DNA of 64,000 nucleotides, taken from the NCBI GenBank assembly GCA_951406725.2, contig OX597828.1, positions 41,478,001 through 41,542,000 of the forward strand. Direction: 5' to 3'. The notes under the pieces are model-generated. The model was not told the origin of the DNA and ran no database searches. It was given only the letters and a program-made list of their open reading frames with translations. Every line of letters begins with the position of its first letter. Positions within the stretch are counted from its first letter, which is position 1. Origin of the DNA: Octopus vulgaris. Its lineage: Eukaryota. The position numbers and the translations under genes were made by a program. Of the stretch, positions 1 through 13,660 are shown in pieces.

Positions 1-1523
<1,523 letters not shown>

Positions 1524-1607
1524 ATAACAAATAAAAAGGGTGGATTACTAGCACCGCTTTTGCTAGACATAAGAGTTAACTCAAAAGCCACACACACACA
1601 CACACAC

Positions 1608-1683
<76 letters not shown>

Positions 1684-2530
1684 GTTGGAAAAAAAAAGAG
1701 ATCAAATGGATACAATTTAATTAATTAATTAACACATTCCCCTATATTTGTTTCATTTTAAATTAAAATTATAAAACATATAAATACATAATTCTGAATT
1801 TTCAATACCTTGTATCGGAACTCATCAGGGTGCACAAAGAACAATACAAGGATTACATCAAGCTACGTTTAGAATACTCAGAATGTATAGTTATGTATAT
1901 TACGTGTACGAGTACATGTTTAGGCAGCGTTAAAATTATTTTATTTTTAATTCATGATTAATGGGTTATAGAATACAAAAGTAAAGTAACATAATGAATA
2001 AAAAAAAAAATGAGATAAAATTTATGTTCGTGCAATAAAATAAAATAAAAATGAAACAAAATTTATACTTATGTTTGTAGACGTGGGTGCGTATGTACTT
2101 ACGTATATGTATATAGCAGTGGTTTTCAGTATAGTCCAGGGGTTCCACAAGAAGTTACATAAATGCTAAACTCGACAGTAATGTTTAATTCTCTTGTGCA
2201 GATATGTGTGTACATGTTAGGCCTACGGGTACATCTACGATTTGCACGCCAGCGTAGATGACCCTCATCCTTGGTGTGTACATGTACGTGCACATCTACG
2301 AGTCGCATGCCAGCTTAGATGATGGTTTAGTTTTCTTTTGTAAAATACGAGTGACTCTATTTGGAAGAAACATTTTAACAGCGTAAGCCATTTAGGTGTT
2401 GTTGTTAATACGCCCTTTAAAAGATCTTTAGCTTTTTAAAAGGCGTTTTTGTAAAATATTTTTCTTGTATGACGTCTATTAATATTTGGTTAAAAAAGAA
2501 ATAGGGAAACTGATACTAAATTATAAGATA

Positions 2531-2919
2531 CTAGCAGTATCGCCCGGCGTTGCTCGGGTTTGTAAGGGAAATAACTATATAAGCATTTTTAGAGAGTTAT
2601 AGCCAAAAGATAGCAAAAAAAAATGCATTAAAAATGGAAAAAAAATGATGGTAAATTTTTTTTTTAATCGTTGACTCATCGTAGACATTTTTAGAGAGTT
2701 ACTTCCCTTATATAATAGCGAAAAAAATGCATTAAAATGGAAAAAAATGATGGTAAATTTTTTTTAAATCGTAGACGCGCACTAATACCCAGAAGGGCTC
2801 GATATGAATCACGACTATAAGATACCCGGTTTTGGTTAAACTGCACCGCAAAATGTGGGAGTAGTTAGGAATCTAAATCGTAGGAGACAGACACACAACC
2901 TCTCTTTTATATATAAAAA
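2531..2919 (-). mobile_element. Non-autonomous Helitron nested in the hAT element
   Basis: On the - strand it ends in the hairpin CCCGAGCAACGCCGGG followed by CTAG, and it is inserted between A and T. Homologous to 30205-30603. Confidence 0.75.
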
Positions 2920-3217
2920 TGTAAATATGCATAAATATTAATCCCTTACAATTGCTGAATTAGAACAATGAACAAATAAACGACATTTTAAATTCAAATC
3001 CGTAAATCTATTTTATTATTATATGCATATTGTTTAAATATAATCAAATAACTATTACTAAAAAACATAAATAAAAAAAAGCTAAATTTTACATCATTAA
3101 ACTCGCTACACTTTAAAGATCATTTTGTCCCACCACTATTAGGTTTGCTTTTATATATATACAATTCTGCTTACAGCCTTACAAGTATGGATAGATTTCT
3201 GAAAAAAAAAAAAACGT

Positions 3218-3880
3218 ATGTTAGATACAGATGAAGAGACGCAGGGTCTGAGACAGTCTGTTGAAGCTGCAGCCACTGCCAGTGATGCTGCCTCGTCGAA
3301 ATTACCAAGAAATGATGGAATCAACCTGCAACTAAAAGTTCGTCAATATTGTGAAAACTACATAGCTCTGGGATTTACTTGGACTGGAAACGCAGACTGC
3401 TCTTCACCTTTGTGTACTGTTTCTGGGGAGAAGCTGGCTAATAGTGTTATGGCACCAGCCAAACTGAAACGACACTTAACGACTAAACCTCCAGAGTTGT
3501 CAGGCAAAATGAACAATATTTTAAAAGAGAATTGGCATTTAATAAAAGGCAAGTTTCTATGTTTGCCAAAAAGTTCAAGTTGAGTGACAAAGGACAAGAA
3601 GCAAGTTATGCTGTGGCGGAGATAGTTGCAAGAAAAATGAAATCTCATACCATCGCTGAAACTGTAATTTTACCTGCATGCCAGGAAATGGTGAGGGTAA
3701 TGTTTGGAGAGGATGCTGTATCAGAGCTAAATAAAATTCCACTTTCTGACAACATAAGTAGGCGCATTCAAGACATGTCAGGAGACACTGAGTAAACACA
3801 CCAACACCGGTTGTCAAGCGGTGATGGGAGGACAAACACAGACACAGATTTATACATCCATACATATATATATTACTACA

Positions 3881-3922
<42 letters not shown>

Positions 3923-5416
3923 GATGGGCTTCTTTCAAATTCCGTCTACAAAATCCACTCACAAGACTTTGGTCAGCCCGAGGCTATAGTAGAAGACACT
4001 TGGCCATGGCTCCACGCTGTGGGACTGAACCTGAAACCATGTGGTTGGGAAGCAAGCTTCTTACCATACAACCACGCCTATTTTTGTTTTTATTTTCGTT
4101 TTTGTGCTCGGTACTTAAAAGAGTTACTGGTAAAATCTTTTGTATTAAATAATATTAAGTCAAAAATACTGAAATGAAAGTTGTTTGCACTTCAAGTTGA
4201 TGAGAGTACAGACTTCACTGGTAAATCCCAGCTCCTTGTATTTGTTCGTTTTATTAATGATGAAGCTATTGTAGAAGACGTCCTGTGTTGCAAAGAGTTG
4301 CCAGAAACAAGAAAAGGACAAGATGTATTTGATGTTTTCAATTCATATTTAGAGAATTGTGGATTGAACTGGAAAAACTGTGTTGGTATTTGTACAGATG
4401 GTGCCCCTGCAATGACAGGATGTCTTAAAGGCTTTGTCCCAATCGCACAAAAACAAAATCCAAATGTTTCATTCATAGAAAAGCACTAGTTGCTAAAACT
4501 CTTGGACCTCAACTAAAATCTTCATTGGATATGGTAGTGAAAATAGATAATTACTTCAAAATGAGGCCACTTAAATGTCGAGAGTTTGCGAAACTTTGTG
4601 TGGGTATGGAAGCAGACCATTCCACCTTAATCCAGCACACAGAAATACGATGGTTGTCAAGGGGAAAAGTATTGTCTCGTTTTTGCGAATTAAGAGTTAT
4701 TGACCTTATGTTTGCAAGAAAACCTGAAAGACTGTAGAATGTTTGAGTGATGACCATTGGTGTTCCAAGTTAGCATATCTTGCCGATATATTTCATGAGC
4801 TAAGCCTGTTGAACAATAGCATGCAGGGCAGGAACGAAAATATCTTGTCTTCTACTGACAAAATAAATGCTTTTCAGAAGAAATTGACAATATGGAAGAA
4901 ACGCAAAGCTGCAGGAAATTTGGAAATGTTTCCAAGTGTTTTTAAAAGGAATTGTCAAGAAAGTGCGCTACTGATTTTGAACCATTTACACACTTTGTTA
5001 ACAAATCTTGACAAATATTTTCCATCAATATCTGTTGACCAGTATGACTGGATTAGAAACCCATTTGTGGAATTTGAGCCATTTGAAGAACAGTTCTCAT
5101 TAACAGAAGAAGAAGAACTTGCCAGTGTTTTAAATGACAGAACATTAAAGTTGAAGCTTTCTGAGCTTCACCTGAATGCGTTTTGGTTGCTGGTCGAAAA
5201 GGAATATCCTGCAATCGCACAGAAAGCGCTGCGACTTCTTGTGCAGTTTTCAACTCCTACTTCTGTGAATTTAGATTCTCAGTCCTGATAACCATCAAGC
5301 ACAAGAAGCGAGCACAATTGCTGTCTGTGGAAGATGAACTTCGTGTGTGTCTATCAGAAACACGACCCAATCTTAAAGAGTTGTGTGAGAAACACCAGGT
5401 TCAAGTTTCTCATTGA
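3218..5416 (+). pseudogene. ZBED5/ZBED8/SCAND3-like Buster transposase pseudogene (frameshifts, stops, SINE insertion)
   Basis: Motifs YIALGF...PLC...MAPAKLKRHL (BED-like), FALQVDESTD, ICTDGAPAM, IRWLSRG, KLAYLADIF and CEFRFS are spread over several frames. Confidence 0.9.
3793..4080 (-). mobile_element. tRNA-derived SINE (family A) interrupting the transposase
   Basis: Reverse complement of the GGCGTGGYTGTGTGGTAAGAAGCTTGCTTCCCAACCACATGG head (A/B boxes), with internal CA/TA microsatellite. Many copies in the window. Confidence 0.85.
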
Positions 5417-5944
5417 GTTTTTGATAAGAATAAATGTAATCTATTCAAACTAAAGTTTTCTTAATACATGTTTTAATAATAACTGTAGATGCAAGAATAA
5501 AATTGCATGTGTACGTGACAATTTTTTTTACAGTTTGTGATTTTATTGCAAATAAATCTGAACATGAGTATTTTCATTTCCTTAATTAAATGCTGTTTTT
5601 TTTTTGCATACGACAGTTAAATTATTGCACTGGTTCCTCGAGCCAGTGAAATGTTTCCTTGGGGTTCCGCTCCAGCAAAAACGTTGAAAAGTACTGGTAT
5701 ATAAGTAGACATCAATATGCATACATCGGTATATATGTTCCTTTGTAAGTTACTTCTTTAGGTATATAAATTAATGTATATATGAGCAATAAAATAAAAA
5801 TAGAATGTACGAAAGTAGAATGAATTAAAATAAATCCATGTTCATGTGTGTATACGTGTGTGCTTATACATATGTTTAAATGCATATCTACATATTATAC
5901 AAGTATGGGTGTGTCTGTTTATGTATTATTGTGTGTGCGTGTTT

Positions 5945-6198
5945 CTGGCCCCCGTGCCGGTGGCACGTAAAGCACCATCCGTTCGTGGCCGTTTGCCAGC
6001 TCCGTCTGGCACCTGTGCGGGTGGCACGTAAAAAGCACCCACTACACTCACGGAGTGGTTGGCGTTAGGAAGGGCATCCAGCCGTAGAAACACTGCCAGA
6101 TCTAACTGGGCCTGATGCAGCCTTCCGGCTTCACAGACCCCAGTTGAACCGTCCAACCCATGCTAGCATGGAAAACGGACGCTAAATGATGATGATGA
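5945..6198 (+). mobile_element. RTE LINE 3' UTR fragment with (GAT)n tail (duplicated at ~8630-8882)
   Basis: GGTTGGCGTTAGGAAGGGCATCCAGC...GGACGCTAAATGATGATG is the same 3' end as the RT-bearing copies. Confidence 0.8.
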
Positions 6199-6217
6199 TA
6201 TACGTGGGTAGTCTTAA

Positions 6218-6993
6218 ATCATCATCATCATCATCATCGTTTAGCGTCCGCTTTCCATGCTATCAACGGTTGGACGGTTCAACTGGGGTCTGTGAAGCCG
6301 GAAGGCTGCACCAGGCCCAGTTTGATCTGGCAATGTTTCTACGGCTGGATGCCCTTCCTAACGCCAACCACTCCATGAGTGTAGTGGGTGCTTTTTACGT
6401 GCCACCGGCACAGGTGCCAGACGAGTCTGGCAAACGGCCACGATCGGATGGTGCTTTTTATGTGCCACCGGCACGGGGGCCAGGCGTGGCTGGCAACGGC
6501 CACGAACGGATGGTGGTGCCAGACGAGTCTGGCAAACGGCCATGAACGGATGGTGCTTTTTACGTGCCACCGGCACGAGGGCCAGACGAGGCTGGCAACG
6601 GCCACGAACGGATGGTGCTTTTTTACGTGCCACCGGCACGAGGCCAGTCGGGGCGGCGCTGGCAACGGCCACGAACGGATGGTGCTTTTTACGTGCCACC
6701 GGCACGAGGCCAGTTGGGGCGGCGCTGGCAACGGCCACATTCGGATGGTTCTCTTACGTGCCACCGGCACTGGTAACTCAGCTGCAATTTCCATTGATCG
6801 ATTTCGATTCTGATTCTCACTTGCCTTAACAGGTCTTCACAAGTAGAGTTTTGTGTCCCAAGAAGGGAAGGTATGCATAAGTGGGCTGGCTACATCCCAT
6901 GTAGAAGGCCACAGGTTATGGTCTCACTTGTCCTGCCGGGTCTTCTCACGCACAGCATACTTCCAGAGGTCTCGGTCTCTAGTCATTTCCTCA
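6218..6993 (-). mobile_element. RTE LINE 3' end with ~60-bp minisatellite in the 3' UTR
   Basis: (CAT)n tail, tandem GGTGCTTTTTACGTGCCACCGGCAC units, and ORF end ...[17 protein letters not shown]. Cut by the duplication junction. Confidence 0.85.
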
Positions 6994-8902
6994 AGAAAAG
7001 GACAAGATGTATTTGATGTTTTCAATTCATATTTAGAGAATTGTGGATTGAACTGGAAAAACTGTGTTGGTATTTGTACAGATGGTGCCCCTGCAATGAC
7101 AGGATGTCTTAAAGGCTTTGTCCCAATCGCACAAAAACAAAATCCAAATGTTTCATTCATATAAAAGCACTAGTTGCTAAAACTCTTGGACCTCAACTAA
7201 AATCTTCATTGGATATGGTAGTGAAAATAGATAATTACTTCAAAATGAGGCCACTTAAATGTCGAGAGTTTGCGAAACTTTGTGTGGGTATGGAAGCAGA
7301 CCATTCCACCTTAATCCAGCACACAGAAATACGATGGTTGTCAAGGGGAAAAGTATTGTCTCGTTTTTGCGAATTAAGAGTTATTGACCTTATGTTTGCA
7401 AGAAAACCTGAAAGACTGTAGAATGTTTGAGTGATGACCATTGGTGTTCCAAGTTAGCATATCTTGCCGATATATTTCATGAGCTAAGCCTGTTGAACAA
7501 TAGCATGCAGGGCAGGAACGAAAATATCTTGTCTTCTACTGACAAAATAAATGCTTTTCAGAAGAAATTGACAATATGGAAGAAACGCAAAGCTGCAGGA
7601 AATTTGGAAATGTTTCCAAGTGTTTTTAAAAGGAATTGTCAAGAAAGTGCGCTACTGATTTTGAACCATTTACACACTTTGTTAACAAATCTTGACAAAT
7701 ATTTTCCATCAATATCTGTTGACCAGTATGACTGGATTAGAAACCCATTTGTGGAATTTGAGCCATTTGAAGAACAGTTCTCATTAACAGAAGAAGAAGA
7801 ACTTGCCAGTGTTTTAAATGACAGAACATTAAAGTTGAAGCTTTCTGAGCTTCACCTGAATGCGTTTTGGTTGCTGGTCGAAAAGGAATATCCTGCAATC
7901 GCACAGAAAGCGCTGCGACTTCTTGTGCAGTTTTCAACTCCTACTTCTGTGAATTTAGATTCTCAGTCCTGATAACCATCAAGCACAAGAAGCGAGCACA
8001 ATTGCTGTCTGTGGAAGATGAACTTCGTGTGTGTCTATCAGAAACACGACCCAATCTTAAAGAGTTGTGTGAGAAACACCAGGTTCAAGTTTCTCATTGA
8101 GTTTTTGATAAGAATAAATGTAATCTATTCAAACTAAAGTTTTCTTAATACATGTTTTAATAATAACTGTAGATGCAAGAATAAAATTGCATGTGTACGT
8201 GACAATTTTTTTTACAGTTTGTGATTTTATTGCAAATAAATCTGAACATGAGTATTTTCATTTCCTTAATTAAATGCTGTTTTTTTTTGCATACGACAGT
8301 TAAATTATTGCACTGGTTCCTCGAGCCAGTGAAATGTTTCCTTGGGGTTCCGCTCCAGCAAAAACGTTGAAAAGTACTGGTATATAAGTAGACATCAATA
8401 TGCATACATCGGTATATATGTTCCTTTGTAAGTTACTTCTTTAGGTATATAAATTAATGTATATATGAGCAATAAAATAAAAATAGAATGTACGAAAGTA
8501 GAATGAATTAAAATAAATCCATGTTCATGTGTGTATACGTGTGTGCTTATACATATGTTTAAATGCATATCTACATATTATACAAGTATGGGTGTGTCTG
8601 TTTATGTATTATTGTGTGTGCGTGTTTCTGGCCCCCGTGCCGGTGGCACGTAAAAGCACCATCCGTTCGTGGCCGTTTGCCAGCTCCGTCTGGCACCTGT
8701 GCGGGTGGCACGTAAAAAGCACCCACTACACTCACGGAGTGGTTGGCGTTAGGAAGGGCATCCAGCCGTAGAAACACTGCCAGATCTAACTGGGCCTGAT
8801 GCAGCCTTCCGGCTTCACAGACCCCAGTTGAACCGTCCAACCCATGCTAGCATGGAAAACGGACGCTAAATGATGATGATGATATACGTGGGTAGTCTTA
8901 AA

Positions 8903-10100
8903 TCATCATCATCATCATCATCGTTTAGCGTCCGCTTTCCATGCTATCAACGGTTGGACGGTTCAACTGGGGTCTGTGAAGCCGGAAGGCTGCACCAGGC
9001 CCAGTTTGATCTGGCAATGTTTCTACGGCTGGATGCCCTTCCTAACGCCAACCACTCCATGAGTGTAGTGGGTGCTTTTTTACGTGCCACCGGCACAGGT
9101 GCCAGACGAGTCTGGCAAACGGCCACGATCGGATGGTGCTTTTATGTGCCACCGGCACGGGGCCAGGCGTGGCTGGCAACGGCCACGAACGGATGGTGGT
9201 GCCAGACGAGTCTGGCAAACGGCCATGAACGGATGGTGCTTTTTACGTGCCACCGGCACGAGGGCCAGACGAGGCTGGCAACGGCCACGAACGGATGGTG
9301 CTTTTTTACGTGCCACCGGCACGAGGCCAGTCGGGGCGGCGCTGGCAACGGCCACGAACGGATGGTGCTTTTTACGTGCCACCGGCACGAGGCCAGTTGG
9401 GGCGGCGCTGGCAACGGCCACATTCGGATGGTTCTCTTACGTGCCACCGGCACTGGTAACTCAGCTGCAATTTCCATTGATCGATTTCGATTCTGATTCT
9501 CACTTGCCTTAACAGGTCTTCACAAGTAGAGTTTTGTGTCCCAAGAAGGGAAGGTATGCATAAGTGGGCTGGCTACATCCCATGTAGAAGGCCACAGGTT
9601 ATGGTCTCACTTGTCCTGCCGGGTCTTCTCACGCACAGCATACTTCCAGAGGTCTCGGTCTCTAGTCATTTCCTCAGTGAGACCTAAAGTTCGAAGGTCG
9701 TGCTTCACCACCTCGTCCCAGGTTTTCCTGGGTCTGCCTCTTCCACAGGTTCCCTCAACCGCTAGGGTGTGGCACTTTTTCACACAACTATCTTCATCCA
9801 TTCTCGCCACATGCCCATACCAGCGCAAACGTCTCTCTTGCACACCACATCTGATGCTTCTTAGGTCCAGCTTTTCTCTCAAGGTACTTACACTCTGTCG
9901 AGTATGAATACTGACATTACACATCCATCGCAGCATACTGGCTTCATTTCTTGCGAGCTTACGCATATCCTCAGCAGTCACGGCCCATGTTTCACTGCCA
10001 TGTAGCATGGCTGTTCGTACACACACGTCATACAGTCTGCCTTTTACTCTGAGCGAGAGGCCTTTTGTCACTAGCAGAGGTAAGAGCTCTCTGAACTCTG
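8903..10100 (-). mobile_element. RTE LINE, 5'-truncated
   Basis: ORF 9607-10071(-): LHGSETW...EASMLRWM...RRLRWYGHVARM...GRGRPRKTW, the RTE ORF C-terminus. Confidence 0.92.
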
Positions 10101-10164
10101 ACCTCTGCTGGTGACAAAAGGCCTCTCGCTCAGAGTAAAAGGCAGACTGTATGACGCGTGTCTC

Positions 10165-10600
10165 CGAAAATATTTAGAAATCACAAAAACGTTTATTGTC
10201 AATGATATTTACGTCATTTTAAAGTTTGAACATTTATCTATTTTTTCTACATAATCGTTATTTCGGTCGATGACGTTTTGTAGGCGCTGGGGCAGTCTTT
10301 GTATGCCCATGTCATATCAACTCACCGCCATGTCGTTGAGGAGGCGTTGAACCTCATCTTTCACTTTGTCGTCTTTGCTGAAGCGTGTTCCAGTCAAATG
10401 CTCTTTCAACTTAGGTAACAGGTGGTAGTCACTGGGTGCCAAGTCCGGACAATAAGATGGGTCACCGTTTATGGTCTTCTGTGAGCATTCGCGGGACCCA
10501 TCTTGCGCTCACCTTCCGATATTGCTACTTTTCACTCAAAACCCTATGAATGGCGCTTCGGGAAACCTCAGGAACCAAAATGCGGAGATCATCCAGAGTG
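10165..10600 (-). mobile_element. mariner transposase remnant with internal deletion
   Basis: Manual - strand translation gives KVSARWVPRMLT (WVPHEL-type motif) joined almost directly to PSYCPDLAPSDYHL (YSPDLAP-type motif) ...DRNNDYVEK. Contains stops. Confidence 0.85.
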
Positions 10601-10604
10601 ATCT

Positions 10605-10960
10605 TACAAACCACATAGTTCCGAGTTCAGTCCCACTGCGTGGCACCTTGGGCAAGTGTTTTCTACTATAGCCTCGGGCCGACCAAAGCCTTGTGAACGG
10701 ATTTGGTAGACGGAAACTGAAAGAAGCCCGTCGTATATATGTGTGTGTGTGTCTGTGTTTGTCCCCCCCCCCAACATCACTTAACAACCGATGCTGGTGT
10801 GTTTACTGCCCCGTAACTTAGCGGTTCGGCAAGAGTGACCGATAGAATAAGTACTAGGCTTACAACGAATAAGTCCTGGGGTCGACTTGTTCGACTAAAG
10901 ACGGTGCTCCAGCATGGCCACTGTCAAATGACTGAAACAAGTAAAAGAGTAAAGAGAGTA
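10605..10960 (+). mobile_element. tRNA-derived SINE family A
   Basis: GTTCAGTCCCACTGCGTGGCACCTTGGGCAAGTG (CORE-like) ... GCTCCAGCATGGCC...GACTGAAACAAGTAAAAGAG tail. Confidence 0.85.
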
Positions 10961-10965
10961 AATAT

Positions 10966-12475
10966 ATCATCATCATCATCGTTTAACGTCCGCTTTCCAT
11001 GGTAGCATGGGTTGGACGATTTGACTGAGGACTGGCGAACCAGATGGCTGCACCAGGCTCCAATCTTGATCTGGCAGAGTTTCTACAGCTGGATGCTCTT
11101 CCTAACGCCAACCACTCCGAGAGCGTAGTGGGTGCTTTTACGTGCCACCGGCACGAGGGCCAGTCAGGCGGTACTGGCAACGACCATGAAAAAATCGTAT
11201 TTTTTTTAACGTGTCACCTGCAGAAGTGCCAGTAAGGCCACGCTCGAATGGTGCCTTTTATGTGCCACCGGCACGAACGCCAGTTTGCCGCTCTGGCAAT
11301 GATCACGCTCGGATGATGATCTTAGTGCTCCACTAGCACGGATGTCAGTCATCAAATTTGATTCCGATTTCACTTACCTCAACAGGTCTTCACAAGTAGT
11401 GTCCAATGAAGGGAAGGTACGCATAAGTGGGCTGGTTACACCCCTGGCTTAGGCAACAAGGTTATGGTCTCACTTGGCTTGCCGGGTCTTTTCAAGCACA
11501 GCATATTTCCAAAGGTCTCGGCCACTGGCCACTGCCTCGGTTCGTGCTTCACCACTTCATCCTAGGTTTTCCTGGGTCTATCTCTTCTACATGTTCCCTC
11601 AAGCGCTAGGGTGTGGCACTTTTTCACACAGCTATCCTCATCTATTCTCGCCACATGACTATACCAGCGCAATCATCTCTCTTGCGCACTACATCTGATG
11701 CTTCTTAGGTCCAACCTTTCTCTCAAGGTACTTCCACTCTGTCGAGTATGCACACTGATATTACACATCCATTGAATCATACTAGCTTCATACCTCGCGA
11801 GCTTACGCATATCCTCAGCAGTCACGGCCATGTAGCATGGCTGTTCGTACACATGCGTCATACAGTCTACCTTTTAGTCTGAGCGAGAGGCCCTTTGTCA
11901 CCAGCAGAGGTAAGAGCTCTCTGAACTTTCCCCAGGCTATTCTTATTCTAGCAGCTACACTTTCAGCGCACCCTCCCCCGCTACTGACTTGGTCACCTAG
12001 GTAACGGAAGCAATCAACTACTTCTAGTTTTTCTCCCTGAATGTGACGGAAGTTGTTCTCTGCATGTTTTCAGTGTTTATTGCTCCTGAGCATCTGCCAC
12101 ATACAAAAACTATCTTCCCAGTTAGCCTTCTTTTGATATTGCTGCACCTCTTGTGTCCATAGCTTACACTGGGTACATCTTATAGAGTTTCTACAGATCG
12201 AGCAGGGCCATCTACCTGAAGGGATTTGTGATTTGCCTGCCCTCCTACTTAGTAGGACTTTGGTTTTAGCTAGGTTGACTCTAAGACCCTTCGATTCTAA
12301 TCCTTGTTTCTACACCTGAAACTTCTCCTCTAGTTCTGATAGCGACCTTAGAGCAAGGTCGTCAGCATAGAGGAGCATCCTGTCTTGAATTCCTGTTATT
12401 GCCTGGAGGACTATTATAAATAGGAGGAAGGGGCTAAGGATTGAACCTTGGTAGACCCCTACCTCCACCCGGAAC
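10966..12475 (-). mobile_element. RTE LINE, decayed, reaching into the RT domain
   Basis: ORF 12310-12513(-) has QGSILSP and LYADDL RT motifs. C-terminus and 3' UTR are homologous to 8903-10100, with a (CAT)n tail. Confidence 0.9.
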
Positions 12476-12493
12476 ACATACATATATCTGTAT

Positions 12494-12551
<58 letters not shown>

Positions 12552-12556
12552 CATAT

Positions 12557-12927
12557 GTGGAGGCGCAATAGTCCAGTGGTTAGGGCAGCGGACTCGCGGT
12601 TTCGATTCCCAGACCGGGCGTTGTGAGTGTTTATTGAGCGAAAACACCTAAAGCTCCACGAGGCTCCGGCAGGGATGGTGGTGATCCCTGCTGTACTCTT
12701 TCACCACAACTTTCTCTCACTCTTACTTCCTGTTTCTGTTGTACCTGTATTTCAAAGGGCCGGCCTTGTCACTCTCTGTGTCACGCTGAATATCCCCGAA
12801 AACTACGTTAAGGGTACACGTGTCTGTGGAGTGCTCAGCCACTTACACGTTAATTTCACGAGCAGGCTGTTCCGTTGATTCGGATTAACCGGAACCCTCG
12901 TCGTCGTAACCGACGGAGTGCTTCCAC
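12557..12927 (+). mobile_element. tRNA-derived SINE family B
   Basis: Head GGAGGCGCAATAGTCCAGTGGTTAGGGCAGCG...GGTTTCGATTCC (A/B boxes). Near-identical inverted copy at 58890-59278. Confidence 0.88.
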
Positions 12928-12944
12928 TTATATATATACATATA

Positions 12945-12976
<32 letters not shown>

Positions 12977-12991
12977 CGTATATACATACAC

Positions 12992-13065
<74 letters not shown>

Positions 13066-13123
13066 AGCTTAGAGAAGAAGAAACGAAACGAATCGAATCG
13101 ACGCGAAGGCGCTCAGTCATTCA

Positions 13124-13542
13124 ATAGTGTAATAAATAAAATATATGCATACATACAAACATACATGTACGTACCTACATCTACATGCATATATAAAAAT
13201 ATAAAGGTGTGTACAGGACACCACAAATAGACGTAGAACTCAACGAGAAACGAAAAAACAGCATGGAACGGACCATTTTTTTTACAATGAAAAAACAGAG
13301 TACAAGACAACTACACAAGGAAAAAATCCCCTTCATCAGCTGTCCCTAGTTCAACTCCAGCGTGTTTCATTGTTAAAAAAATGGTCCGTTCCATGCTGTT
13401 TTTTCGTTTCTCGTTGAGTTCTACGTCTATTTGTGGTGTCCTGTACACACCTATATATATTTATATATGCATGTATATATACATGTAGATGTAGGTACGT
13501 ACATATATGTTTGTATGTATGCATATATTTTATTTATTACAC

Positions 13543-13545
<3 letters not shown>
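13124..13545. repeat. Fold-back (inverted repeat) element between (TA)n tracts
   Basis: Arms ~13124-13292 and ~13365-13545 are reverse complements with a ~70-bp spacer. Confidence 0.9.
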
Positions 13546-13577
<32 letters not shown>

Positions 13578-13660
13578 GATATATGTATGTGTGCGTATGT
13601 ATATACATAACACACATTCATAGACACACACACACTGCTAGTCGAAGTGCTTGTAAATGA

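Larger units (their letters stand above)
2117..5696 (+). mobile_element. hAT (Buster/Charlie group) DNA transposon, decayed
   Basis: TIRs CAGTGGTTTTCA / reverse complement CAGTACTTTTCA (10/12). 8-bp TSD GTATATAG (2109-2116) / GTATATAA (5697-5704) with central TA. Internal transposase fragments. Confidence 0.88.
4308..9676. repeat. Tandem duplication, 2 x ~2684 bp (4308-6991, 6992-9676)
   Basis: Identical ORFs are offset by 2684 bp (4525/7209, 4743/7427, 5183/7867). The junction joins RTE to hAT sequence with 2-bp CA microhomology. Confidence 0.95.

Noticed and set aside
3218-5416. Domesticated ZBED/SCAND3 host gene
   Set aside because: Frameshifts, stops and a SINE insertion are present, and the TIRs and TSD remain.
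6186-6829. Overlapping 70-150 aa ORFs with CHRH/VPPA repeats
   Set aside because: They arise from the GC-rich minisatellite in the RTE 3' UTR.
12557-12620. tRNA gene
   Set aside because: It is the tRNA-like head of a SINE followed by SINE body, with a dispersed copy carrying a TSD at 58890-59278.
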